DNA of 64,000 nucleotides from the human T2T-CHM13v2.0 reference genome, Homo sapiens: NCBI RefSeq assembly GCF_009914755.1, contig NC_060934.1; one strand, 5' to 3'. Shown piece by piece: positions 13,632 to 28,500 of this stretch (position 1 is its first letter; each line of letters starts with the position of its first letter). The notes under the pieces were generated by a model. It saw only the letters and a program-made list of their open reading frames with translations, ran no database searches and was not told where the DNA came from. The position numbers and the translations under genes were made by a program.

Positions 13632-14398
13632 CTTTTTTTTTCCATAAGTTATTGGGGTACAGGTGGCATTTGGTTACATTTGGTTACTGGGGTACAGGTG
13701 GTATTTGTGAGGGTATTTGGAGGTGGGACCTTTGGGAGATGGTTAGGTCATGAGTAAGTTCTTACATGAGTAAGTTCTTTAGTGGTGATTGGTGAGATTT
13801 TGGTGCACCCATCACCCGAGCAATATACATTACGTCATATTTGTAGTCTTTTACCCCTTGCCGCCCTCCCAGTCTTCCCCCCAAGTCCCCAAAGTCCACC
13901 ATATCATTCTTACACCTTTGGGTCCTCATAGCTTAGCTCTCACGTATCAGTGAGAATGTACCATGTTTGGTTTTCCATTCCTGAGCTACTTCACTTAGAA
14001 TAATAGTCTCCAGTCTCATCCAGGTAGCTGCAAATGCTGTTAATTCATTCATTTTTATGGCTGAGTAGTATTCCATCATATAAATATGCCACAGTTTCTT
14101 TATCCACTCATTGATTGGTGGGCATTTAGGTTGGTTCCATGATTTTGCAATTGTGAATTTTGCTGCTATAAACATGCGTGTGTAAGTATCTTTTTCAAAT
14201 AATGGCTTATTTTCCTCTGGGTAGATACTCAGTAGTGGGATTGCTGGATGAAATGGCAGATCTACTTTTAGTTCTTTAAGGAATCTCCACACTGTTTTCC
14301 ACAGTGGCTGTACTAGTTTACATTCCCGCCAGCAGTGTAGAGGTGTTCCCTGATCAGCGCATTCATGCCAACATCTAGTGTTTTTTGATTATGGCCAT
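13632..14398 (-). mobile_element. 5'-truncated L1PB inserted in a MIR
   Basis: ORF 13933..14292 is the L1 ORF2 C-terminus ([20 protein letters not shown]...); TSD-like tggtcacaggttctt / tggtcacagcttctt. Confidence 0.9.
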
Positions 14399-14709
14399 TG
14401 ATATGGTTTGGCTGTGTCTTGCCCTAGTCTTGCTCTGGATTTGCCCTGGTCACAGCTTCTTAAGGGAGGCAGGTCTGTAACCTTGGTTTTCTGACTCCTT
14501 GAGTGGTTCCCTTTCCCCTTTGCCCATGGTACCTTCACTGGAAGTGGCCATCATTGGGACATACTTCTCCCTTATCCTCAGATCCCAGCTTGCGTTCTCC
14601 TTAATGTCCAGGGCAGCTGTGTTGTTCTGCAGAGGAGAGGAGTGACAGACAGGAAGAGGAACATTCCACTTGCAATCTCATGCCCACCCAAATAAAATTA
14701 ACATGTCGG

Positions 14710-14930
14710 GGCACTGCCTGTGTGCTGGGCACAGCACTGGAGCTGTCATCCTTGTTATTCCTTTAGCCCTTCCACAGTCCCATGAGCTAGAGCTGATGCT
14801 GAAAACCCATTTTGCAGATGTAGAACCTGAGGCCCAGAGAGCACCAGTGACTTGCCCAAGGTCACACCATTGGCAGTACAGCTAGGATTCAGCTTCCTGT
14901 CTCTTTGACTCCAAAACCCGAGGGCTTTCC
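14710..14930 (-). mobile_element. MIR
   Basis: cccattttgcagatgtagaacctgaggcccagag...gacttgcccaaggtcacac. Confidence 0.8.
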
Positions 14931-17858
14931 ACATTATCACATTGCTTCTCATTACCACGTTCTCTGGGAAGAGCCCAAAAGACAGAATGCAGGTGCTGGA
15001 TAATGGCTGTCTTGCCTGAGGCTGGGGTCAGCTGCTCTGAGAAATGTGACTCAGTCCATCATCCTCTCAACAGGTTTGCAGATGAACTGAACCAAGAGGA
15101 ATTCTCCCCCAATCTGTTACCTAACTCTTCCCTGTACAGGGCAGGCTATGCCCAGGGACCAGAAAGTTTATTTAGAAGTTCCAAGAGTGTCTTCCCCCCA
15201 GAAAAGAGATACGAGCAAGCAATGGGGGCATTTGTCAGACGTAAAAAAACAGGAAAAAAGAACAAAGAGAAGTCAGTGGGAATTGGAAAGAGGAAACAGG
15301 AGTCAAGGGGATGGTGGATGAGAGAAAAAGACAGAATGACTCAGGAAGAGGGATGGGTGCCCTGGGGGGAGGGGTTGGGAACAGGGCTGGAATGGCGAGC
15401 AGCAATTTGTGAAGTTTACAGATAAATCTTGGTCCTTTCAGCAAAGCTTATCTGTAATGGGCTCGGCTCGTTGAGGCCCCGTCTCCTGTAGACATAAATC
15501 ATTTTCTAATTTATAACATGAATAATTGATTTTGCCTCTGTAGCCTCAACAATAAATCTCCCGATCACACATGCATAAGAAAATAATAATAATGAAAGCG
15601 ATCAGGATATGCTGCCATCGATTAACTGTGAGAGGGGCCACTTGACTCGCAGTTCATGTTTTAAGTATTCCAGGTGGCACTGTGCCCACAAGCCACTTCT
15701 GCCTGCTGCCCCTGAGCTCAGCCTGTCACAGTAGTGGGGCAGGGCAGAGGGAGCAGAGGGCCGCGAGAGGAGGGAAAGCAAGTCTGGCTATGACTGGCTG
15801 CCATTGGGATCAATGCAAATATTTCTTCAATAGCTGTCATTCATTCATTTACTGAGCATCTCTTAGCTGGAAGGTCTTGGGACTGGCGCTGTCCAAGGTA
15901 AAGTGAGACCTGGTATTTTGCTTCAAGTTGTTTATGATCCAGTTAAAGAGCAAAACTCGAAACGCATGTTTGGGTGTTCAGATGGGACTAAAGGAAACAG
16001 AGGCTTTCACTGTTCTATTGTAGTCATCTCCAAGCCAGGGACCCTGGAGTCCTCCCTGACTCTTTCCTCTCCCTCCCCACAGGGTCCTGCAGATTCTGTC
16101 TCCCCCAGGGCCCTAGAATCCAGCCACTCTTGCCCATAGCTGGCCTAGTTCAGGCCTTCATCGCTTTTCTCCCAGTATTGCAATGTCCTCCTATAGGGCT
16201 ACCCTGCACCCCACCACCTTCCATTCTCCTGTAGCCAGAGTGACCTCTAAAACCATAGGTGGGCTTTCACACAGGCCCTTGGGTTCAAGCCTCCTGCAAA
16301 CCCCAGGACTGGATAAAATTTCCCTGATAAGTACCTCTATTACATATGACACTGCCCCTTCATATCACTCATCTCATTAGTAATTTCCTGTTCAGTAGTT
16401 TTTCTTTCTGTTGAGAATGAAGTTCAGAAAGCCTAGATCCATACCATCTTCGCCACTGCTTCCTCAGAGCCCAGCACAGTGCCTGGCACACAGCAGGTGC
16501 TCCGTAAGTGCTTGTGGAATGAATAAGTCTTGCTGCCACTAGCCTCTTATCTCTCTGGATAATCCTACATGGGGTAGTTTGTGTGTTTTTTTTTTTTCTA
16601 AAAACTCCACGGCCAGGTTATCTTTTGTTCAGGAATCATCACTAGTTGCCAGTGCCGTACGTGAAGCCCAAACATTCTAGCCTGGTCCTGGCTCTGGGAA
16701 CCTATGCTGCTCAGTCATTCCAACTTTCTATCTCACGAGTCCTCTCAGCGAGCTCTCTGCTCACTTCCTGAAATCCTACTCGTCCTTTGAGGCTTGGCTC
16801 AAATGCCAGCTCTATTACGGTACTCATTCCTTGCTTAAAACTCACTGATGCCTCCCCTTTGCTACAAGATGTAAAGGGACATTGAAGAGTTTTAAGAGGA
16901 AGAGTGATTTGCCCTGATTTGGGTTTGGGCTGAGTGTTCCTAAAGCTTCATAGGGATGGATCAGGGGTGGCAGGTGCTGGAGGGAGGCAGGCCTCTCCCT
17001 CTAAACATGACCCTCACCCAGTGCCTACAAGTTTGTGGAGCCAGGGGCTTGCTCAAGGCCTCACAGTGATTCATCATCAGGCTTAGAGATTTACACCCAG
17101 TTGGTGCCAAGGCTGCTGCCATTTAATCCACTCAGTTCTGCTGCTGATCTGGCCCCTGGGAGTGTGGTTTCCCAACTCCCTGGATCCCTGGCCTGAATCC
17201 CAGGGTCTCCCTCACAATGGGACCTAAAAATAGAAACCACTTTTATAGTGTAGGGGAAAAGGCAAAGGACCCAGGCAAGGTTTAAATGGAAGTGTTCCCT
17301 GGAGGGCTGTCTGGGGAACATAGGGATTGTCCCAGGAAGCTCTGAACATAAAGGACAGGCCTTCTGGCAGGGGACAAAGTGGCCCTGTTTGCATTTGGGA
17401 GGGCCCAGCTCCACTTCCCTCACCTACTCACAATCTCTCTTCTTATGCCTTTCCTGGCTCTGAACCCATGCCTTGCCCAGCACTCCGTCCCCATCCCCAG
17501 GAAGGGCCTTTGTAGCCATCACAAAGCATTAGAACGAAGCATTAGAGAGAGCCAAGGAGCCATCAAATCAAAGTTAAAGAGAGGAGAAGAGGATGGGGCT
17601 ACAGCGAGGGGAGGGCTGGGATGAAGATGCCCAGAGTGTCTGAAGTGAACATCACCATCTCGAGCAGCACACAGGTCTTTCTGGCTGACAATCCTGGACA
17701 TTCCTGCTCCCACTCACACATCACTGAAAATGCCCCAGATGGGCCCACATGCCAGGAGACCACATCACACACTCCCCAGCACGTTCCAGTCCTGACAGCA
17801 TGATCCTGGATTACCTTCCTGAACCATCATCTTCTCATGTTTACAATGAAAAACTTAA

Positions 17859-18154
<296 letters not shown>

Positions 18155-18194
18155 TAAAAATATTAATAGTAGGATTTAAAAATAAAGATAAATA

Positions 18195-18800
<606 letters not shown>

Positions 18801-19951
18801 ACAGGGTTTTGTAGGGATCAAATGAAATAGTCCATACTAAAACACCTAGCGCAGGACCTGGGATACAGTAGAAACTTGGTGAATATTTAAGGAGGTATGG
18901 GGTGGGTTTGAATGAGAAAGACCTGGCTTCCAAACCAGCTCTGTGACTTGCCAGCTGTGTGACATTCTGAGCCTCAATCTTCCTATCTGTAAAACGGGAT
19001 AATTGCTACCTCATGGGGTTGTCATGGGGATTAAATGAGAAAAAGAAGATATAGCCCCTGGCAATAAGTGCTCAATAAATGTTCATTCTGTGCCCCTCCC
19101 AATTATGGGGCTGAGGCTAAGACCCCAGATTTTGTCCTAGAGAGCCAGTTACTTTGCTATATTCCAGTGGTTTTCAAATTGCATTTCCTGGAGCCGCGGG
19201 ATTCTGGTCCTGAATCAGAGGCTGAGAGGAAGGGGCAAATAACAGAGGAAGAAGAAAGCTTTGCAGATGGGATCTGAGTTTCTTCCCCCAGGTCAACCAG
19301 AGCAGCTCTGCTCTCACCCCTTTGGTAAGTTGTTCGGCGAGGGGCGGGGGTGGTGGGCACTTGCAAAGAGTTCTGCTTCTAAAAATAATTAGAAAACCAC
19401 CATTCCATTCCATAACCACAGAGTGTTGCCCAACAGGCCAATCAGATATTTCATAAGGGGGAAAACAAGTGAAAATAGACCCATGTTAATTGGTTAGAAC
19501 TTCCTGAAAACCTCTCCAGACAAATGCCCTATGCTTCAGGCCAAGGACATCATAAGATGCATCAAATGAATGAAACAGTTTTTTTCTTTTCTTTTTAACT
19601 TTGCTCAAGTTATAAATTGCTTTTTAGGGACATCTACATTTCTATTTATTTAATGAACTGTAATACAGGAATAAAGTAAAATTTTAAAAGAAAACCTTTC
19701 AAGATTCTATCACTTTAATGTGGCAACTATGAAACTCATTTTTTAAAAAAGCCATAGTGGATGTCTGTTGTATTTGTCTGCCAACCATGCATTTGTCTCT
19801 CCCCTGGCACCAGAACCTCATTTCTTCCTCTGTGGAGCCACCCCTTTCCTACTCTTCGTACATGTCGGGTCAATCTGGTTCTGAGAATGCATAGGTGTGC
19901 ACCTGCGTGATTTAATTGTGGATGTTCAATCTGGTTCCAAGAATGCATATG

Positions 19952-20703
<752 letters not shown>

Positions 20704-20753
20704 TTAAGAACCGCTAGGTCCTGATCACATTATTTTAGCTCCTGGGTCCAACC

Positions 20754-20960
20754 ATGCCTGAAACAAAATTTAGCTGTGGATGTTTCAGTCACTGAACCAA
20801 TAAATTATTATTATTTTTTTATCTTTAAGCTAGTTTGAGTTGGATTTCTCTCAACTTCCACCAAAAAAGTTCTGCTTAATTTACAAGTAGATCAAAGCTA
20901 CGTCGTGTAAGTACTTTTCCCTTCAAAGTTGTCACCTTGGGAAGCAACACTTATTTCAAA
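20754..20960 (+). repeat. ~205-bp direct duplication, copy 2 (LTR 3' end plus flank)
   Basis: Matches 19952-20155. Confidence 0.95.
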
Positions 20961-21057
20961 GTATTTTTTAGAACTCCTCATTGAGATAACCCTTGGTACC
21001 AATTTAACAATAAAGTCATCTGCTTACTTTGTATCATTGAGAGGGAGGAGAGGATTA

Positions 21058-21499
21058 CAGACGCTCCTCAACTTACAATGGAGTTACATCTGGATAAACG
21101 TATGTAAATTGAAAATACTGTAATTTGAAAATTAATTTAATACACATAACCTATGGAACATCATAGCTTAGCCTAGCCTACAACATGCTCAAAACACTTA
21201 CATTAGCCTAAAGTTGGGCAAAGTCATCTAACACAAATCCTGTCTTATGGTAAAGTGTTGAATATCTCATGTAATTTACTGAACACAGTATACTGTAGAG
21301 TATTGGTTGTTTAACTTGTGACTGCATACCTGGCTGGGGGCCCAGCATCACAATTGAGTATCATACCACATATTGTTAGCCTGGGAAAAAGTCAGACTTC
21401 AAAATTTGAAGTTCAGTTTCTACTAAATGCATACCACTTTTGTACCACTATAAAGTCAAAAAACCATAAGTTAAACCGTGATAAACTGGAGACCATCTG
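21058..21499 (+). mobile_element. MER47/Tigger5-type DNA transposon
   Basis: TA TSDs; termini cagacgctcc... / ...gaccatctg; internal catcatagcttagcctagccta. Confidence 0.85.
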
Positions 21500-23859
21500 T
21501 AGTCTATCTGATTGCTTAGATTGTTCATCAGACCTAACTCTAATTGACCATGTCTCAAAATCAAATCTACTCGCGGAGGATGGAGACTTGCTGACCAGGA
21601 CGCCAGCTGAGAATGAGTTGCATCTTTGAATTGCTGTTTTGCTTTTCAAGGTGAATGGGAGAAAATTAATTTGCATAGGTGAATTGTAGTATGAAAGATC
21701 AACCTCATTGTTTTTGGTCATACTTCAAAACAACAACAGCAAAACAGCAGTGCTTCTTCCCCTGGCCTCCTTTGCTCAGAGAAACATATGGACTTCATCT
21801 CCGTCTTGTCTCAATGAGAGGGCTCATATTCCCATTTCACAAATAAGAAAATCGAGGCAAACTTGAGTTTTTTTTTTTTAGTGAAGCCACATATGTACTG
21901 GGATCCAGAATATTAAATTGAATCACTGAATAAAGAGAGCACCCAGGAGGTCAGGCCGGAGGATGAATCTTGGGATCTGAGTAGTGACATACGGGGCCAA
22001 CAGGAAGCAAGATGAAAGGGGAGAGAGGACCAAGTAAAGGCAGTTACTAGCCAGGAGCAGGCTGAGACCAGCTAAGTCCAGAAGACGCACCTAGCAGAGG
22101 GATGAGGACCCGGCTCTGCTGGGATCTCCTTCTCCAGCCGGCAATGGATTGTGAGTTGGTCCCAGGTGCACAGTCTGTGCTCCCTGCAGCGTCCTTATCA
22201 GGGTGTGCCTGAACCTGAGGAGCAAGCTAGGAGGGCCTCCAAGACTCCTGGCTCCAAGATCTGCTCAAGAAGAGGTGTCTCACCCTGCGGAGAGGTTTAC
22301 TGCAGCCAGGCAATTTAATCCTCCCAAGCATTTGGGCAGGCCCTGGAGATAATAAAGAAAGAAGGTAACAGAGTGGATCTGCAAAGCCTTTAATACACAG
22401 CATTAAAGGGTAATGGTAAAATCGATGGGACTATACAACAGGGTCACCCCAGCTGCCAGCAGTGCTGTCATTAATGGGACAGTTGGTGTTCCAGCTACTG
22501 CAAGGCTGCTGGGCAGGACCCTAGCACTGGGGACCCAACCTGGCCTCTTCAGAGCTCAAATGGTTTCATGGACTCTGGGGCTTCCTACTTGGACACGAGC
22601 ACAAGGGGATGGCCTTCTTCTCTCCCTAGGGTACATGCCACTCTCCTAACTGTGGCCAATAACAGCTACCATTTATTGATCACTTTCTATGGGCCAGCTC
22701 TAGGCTGAGAGCTCTCTGAATTGTTGCATTTAATCCTTACAACAATTCTATAAATTAGTTGCTATTACTGCAGTTTCCATTTCACATGTTAGTAAAGTGA
22801 GGTCCAGGGAGACATGTGTGCCCTTGATCATTGGCTAGGAGAGAGAGTGGATGGGTTCGTTCAGATCATAGAATGTGGAGAAGCTGGGAAGGATCTCACG
22901 GCATATCTGGCCTGACCCCTCAGGATAGAGAAGTGGAGTGACTTGCCCCAGATCATAGAGCTGTACAGTAGAAAATGTGAGATTATAAAGCAGGTGTTCT
23001 ACCTTCAAGTCCTGTGTTCTTTGTCCCCATTATATCGTCCTATCATTTCCATCCACAAAGCACACACTCCACTGGCTTAGGACTTCAGAGTCATTCATTG
23101 TAATTAAAGGGATGGTCATTTAGGAATTGTTTCAATTCAATGCAAAGTTACTAAAGCCACTCACTGTGTTCTGGGAGAGTAGGTGTTAAAGTGCAGGAAG
23201 GTCTGGTATTGTTCTTAAACACCTACAGCATCTGGCTGGGGAGAGAAAAACCACACAGACCTAAAACAACCTTAGAATTATTCCAAGACAACAAATAAAT
23301 AAGTGTGAGAGTGTGTGATGCCAACCGTGTACACTAAGCATCAGGGAATTAAAAGGAAAGGAAGGCAGGCTCAGCTCAAGAAGGCTTTGTGGAGGCAGAG
23401 TGTGGACCTGAGTTGGTAAAGGAATGAAGGGCTGGGATTAGAGAAAATTAGAGAGAACGGCTTGTCTGATGGCAGAAACCACATAGGCCGAGGCCCAGTG
23501 GCTAGAAAGAACATAGTATATCATGTTGGACCTCCAGGAAAGGAGAATTTATGCTGCAGAAGGAGAGAGGCATGGGCTGGGGAGGCAGGAGTTTCAGACT
23601 CAGTGTGCAAGGCAAGGCTGAGCCAATATAGGTGGTTAAGCAGGGGCAGCAAAGTGACAGCAGTGGGTTTAAGAAGACGTCACTGACGGTAGATACCCCA
23701 GAATATTGGAGGTTGGGGGACTGAATTCTAGGTAGGAAAGTAATGAGGGAAATCTAGGCATGAGTAGTGGTGGCAGTGGGGGCTGGTGTGGAGGCCAGAA
23801 AGTAATCGAGAGATGACGCCCAGAGGCTGCAATGAAGAGGGCACCAGGGTTTGGCATAA

Positions 23860-24185
<326 letters not shown>

Positions 24186-26344
24186 TGTGAGAAGGCATCA
24201 AATAGAATCATGTACAAAGCCAGGGCGCATGGTGGCAAAGTGGGTAATTTTGTGAGTTGAGTTTGTGAGTGAGGTGTGGAAGGGAGAGAGAGTTTTCTCT
24301 GAGGAGGGATAGCAGGACTAGACACAAGAAGGCCTGGGGGAAAGTGAAACAATTGGGGCAATGGCCATTTTCTCTTGGGGACCATTTTCCTTTGGACATC
24401 TTAAGGGAAAAAGACGTTTCCACAAAATGGAACAAATGTCTCCTCTCCTTTTGCCTCCCTCCAGTGTGCTTGTCTTCTGTGCATGTGTGGAGTGGGGTCA
24501 GCAGCATGGGCTTGGGAGATTGTCAGCTCAGATCTCAGTCCCAGCTCTGCTGCTACTGGCCTGGAGTCCCTGGGCACGTCACATAAAGGCAATGAAGGGG
24601 ACAATAAAATCGACCTCACAGCACCAGCAGGAGATGAAATGAGAGGCATGTAAAGTGCCTACCCATGTTCCTTGTACTCATATGTTAGCTGCTGTTATTA
24701 CAAAACCACTTTAACCCAGCATATGGTTCAAGTTTCCAAACCACCGAAATGGCTCAGGACTTACTTACACGGATTGTTGAAAAACAAAGGGGAGTTGGGA
24801 GAAAGGCTATTGGATGGGGTTAGCCAGAGACTCTGAGGCAGTGACTTGTCCAGCCTCACCGCTGTCTTTCTGGGAGTGGCCGACGGCCTCCTGCCCGGGG
24901 CTCCTGGGGGACCAGTGGAAACTGCAGTGCTTTGGGCTCTTCGCTTAGGATAGGGTTTGGAACTTTGTTTTTAGGAAGCCCCACAGGTGATTCTATTGCA
25001 AACCGAAATTTGAGAACCACATTTTTTCTGCTGACACCAATCTCCTTGGCAAGATCTCTGGCCTATGTGGTCACCATAAAGGTGACAAGGGGCTCCCCTC
25101 CAGGGCCAGCTCATCCATCTCTTTGGACCAGGTTTCCTGTTAATAAGGTCCCTTCCAGCCCCATGACCAACTCAGGGAAATGAGGAGTCAGAGAAGGAAG
25201 AAAAGAACGGTGGGAGAGGAATCTGACAGCAGAGCAGAGAAGGAAACTGAGGAAACAGGCAAAGACCTGGATCACTTTGGGGCTGGAGGGGCAGGCAGCG
25301 CACCGCCAGGGCGAGGAAGAGCTGGAGCTGCCTCCGCTGCAGTCCAGTCGCGCAGGGTTATTAAAAGGAAGAAGAATGAGCCTCTGTATCTCGGCAGAGC
25401 AGGGCAAGAGTCATCAGCAGATGTTATTAAAATCCTTTCCTCACCGGTGAAAGACACTTATCGCTCTTCATCAGCAAAGCTGTCTTTTTGAAAAGGAAAA
25501 TCAACTTAACAGGTGGGGACTGTCCTTTTGCTCCTCCCATGAAAGAGACCAAGGCTGCCACCCATCAGCCCCCAAACTAGTGTGGGGCTCACAGAGCTCC
25601 CCCAGAATGGTAGGTGGGAAACCGTGGACACTTGGCACTCTGTGCATGAGGGACCTCTCCCCTGCCGCAGGGGATGTCTGGATGCTGTGGGTACCAGTGA
25701 TGACTGACTGCTGCAGAGGGGCTTTGGACCCCTCAACAAGAAGCAGTGGGGGCACAGCCTCCTCGCCAGTGTCCTTGCACCAGCTCTGGCCTCCTCCCTT
25801 CTGTCCTGCGTCCCACCAGACTCGTCTCGCCTGAGTGTGTCACCCCCGTGCTGACAAATGCTTGGAGATCACTCACTGCAGCAAGAACACATTCACTCAC
25901 ATCAGCCCAGAGATCAAGGCCCTTCCCAGACTGGCCACAAACGCCCCTCCAGCCTGCTTCCCCATCCCCTGTCAGGCTGCAGGCTGGAGCATCACTGCTC
26001 TTCTCCAAACCCCAGTGCCCTTGCCTGCCTCCCTGCTTTGCCCAAGGCAGTTGCTCTGCCTGCAGCGCCTCGCCCCTCTTCTCTGCCAGGTGATCCAGTT
26101 AATGGCCCAGCTCAAATATCTCCTCCTCAGGGAAGCCCTCTCTGACCTCTCCAGGCAGAACTAATTATTCCCTCCACCGGTTCCCATAGCAAGCATGCTA
26201 CTGTTTTAACAACGACCACGCTATATTCTGGTTGGGCGTAATCCTTTGTTTCTGTCTATGTTTCCCCTCATCACAGGGAGTTCTGGCAGGAAGAGGGCTG
26301 TCTCCTGCTCCTCTGTATGCCCCACAGAACTAAGCACAGTTGTT

Positions 26345-26560
26345 AATAAAAATAATAGCTAGCATGTACTGAGGGCTTACTCAGCACTCTGGGAGGCCTT
26401 CATTCACATTATTTTATGTTATCCTCAGAACAATTCTTCCAGGTTATTAGGTCTGTTTCACAGATGAAGAAACTGAGGTTTGTAGAAGCAAAGTGACCTG
26501 TATAGGGACACATGGCTAGTATGTGGCAGAGCAGGGACTAGAAACCAGAACTGTCTGAGC
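26345..26560 (-). mobile_element. MIR
   Basis: cagatgaagaaactgagg...ggctagtatgtggcagagcaggg. Confidence 0.8.
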
Positions 26561-27301
26561 TCAGTAAATGTTTGTTGACTGAAGGAATGAACCTCTACTC
26601 CCACCCCACCTCTGGTGCCAGCCGCCCTCAGGCAGACCAGTGGAAGGGCCCGTGGTGGTGTTTAGCTCCTGATCCAGTGCTGCCAATCCATCCCATCCCC
26701 GTCTCTGTGACTCAGGCTCTCTCCGCTTCCAGGGTATTACACTTTTGTCTCTTTTCTCCTGGGCGTGGCCAGGAGGCCCTAGAGAAAGGTCTCTGCCACC
26801 TTCTCCAACTAGCCCCCATGACCCCACCACTCTCACTCTCCTCAGGATAGCAACCCCTTCTAGGCATTCCCTCCCCAGCTCCTGCTGTGCGGTCAGCATT
26901 CCAGCTTCTCTGTCCCCAGCATCTCTGTCCCCGTGTGCCTCCAGCCTCTGGTTAAGACCTGGAAAACATTCACAGGACTGTGTTTCAGACAGAGCCCTGG
27001 GCAGTTGTCATCCCTTCTTCTTTCAATGGGGAATGCAGGAATAGCTCCTCTCTTCCTATGCCCCAGTTTTCAAGACCAACTTCAATTTTACAAGCTTGTA
27101 ACCTTCCTGATAATAGCAGCTGAGTTTTTTTCAACTCTGCAGGCCCCACAATCTATCATCAAGAGCTATGCACCAAGGTAGATGCCCAGTAAATGGCGAA
27201 TGAATGACTTCCTGGAAAACACCAAGAACATTCTGTGAATACTTCCTCGAACATAACACTTCCCATCTTAATATATCCCATATCCCATCCCTGCATTAAT
27301 C

Positions 27302-27617
27302 TTTCTTTCTTTCTTTTTTTTTTTTTTTTGAGACGGAGTCTTGCTCTGTTGCCTAGGTTGGAGTGCAGTGGTGCAGTGGTGCAATCTCGGCTCACTGCAA
27401 CCTCCGCCTCCTGGGTTCAAGTGATTCTCCTGTCTCAGCCTCCTGAGTAGCTGGGAATACAGGCACATGCCACCACGCCCGGCTAATTTTTGTATTTTTA
27501 GTAGAGACAGGGTTTCGCCATGTTGGCCAGGCTGGTATCAAACTCCTGACCTCGTGATCTGCCCACCTCAGCCTCCCAAAGTACTGGGATTACAGGCATG
27601 AGCCACTGCGCCCGGCC
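27302..27617 (-). mobile_element. AluS (Sg-like)
   Basis: Full antisense dimer; TSD tgcattaatctt / tgcatcaatctt. Confidence 0.95.
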
Positions 27618-28254
27618 TGCATCAATCTTCTTTTCCTTCCCTCTGGTTCTAGAAAGGATGGTGATGTATTTCTTCTCTCTAAACCTGATCCCTCCCATCT
27701 CTGCTGAGCTCACCCCTTTAGGCAGCAACTCTCCCAGTGCTCTAATGCACCAAACCCTGGAGCAGGTCACCAGGCCCCGACGACCTCCCATCCCTGTGTT
27801 CCCAGGGCCCTAGCATACTGGATGGACCCTGCTTTAAAAGACCAAGAGAATTCATCTCATTTCTACACTCTTTAACAAAAGGTAGCAACACAAGCCATGT
27901 GCTAGGACCTGCAATAGAGAGAGAATGTGGTTCAGGGACTCAGTCTGTGGCAAGAAAAATCATACTGTCTGTTTTATTCACTGTTGGCTCCCTAGTGTCT
28001 AGAACAGTGCCCGGTGCATAGTAGGGTTCCACAAGTATTTGTTGGGTTGAAAAATGACTGAAAGGCCATTGTATTTACTTTTCTGCTCATTCCAGACATA
28101 GTTATCTAATATTACTATTTTTCAACCTCTTTTACTCCAGGGACTTCTATGCACCCTCTCCCTCAACTCCCCCTCAATTTGTTCTCATAATCCCCATGAC
28201 CCCCAGTTTTATAACACCACTGTCAGGAGCCCAAAGCTGCCATTCATTCACTTC

Positions 28255-28500
28255 CATTAGCATGACTCTTCATGTACTTTGGGGTCTTCAGTCTCTCCCC
28301 TTCTCCTAATTTCCAGGGTTCCATTCTGCTTCTGCTGGCTTCCCTACAAAGCCTGCAACATCATAAGCCATTTCAGGAAAGAGCTTGATCATCTTTTGAT
28401 GAACCCTGCATTCATGACTCACTGCCTTACCTGTCTTTGGCTCTGCATGTCCCCCAGTTTCCGTTTCTTTCTCTGGAAAGAGAGATTGCCCAAGAGTCCT
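28255..28500 (+). mobile_element. Degenerate Ty3/Gypsy gag (capsid MHR region)
   Basis: TLHVLWG / GSSVSPLLLISRV...NIISHFRKELDHLL resembles the sushi-type LxxLxQGxxSVxEYxxxF...ALIxxFRxGL motif. Confidence 0.5.
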
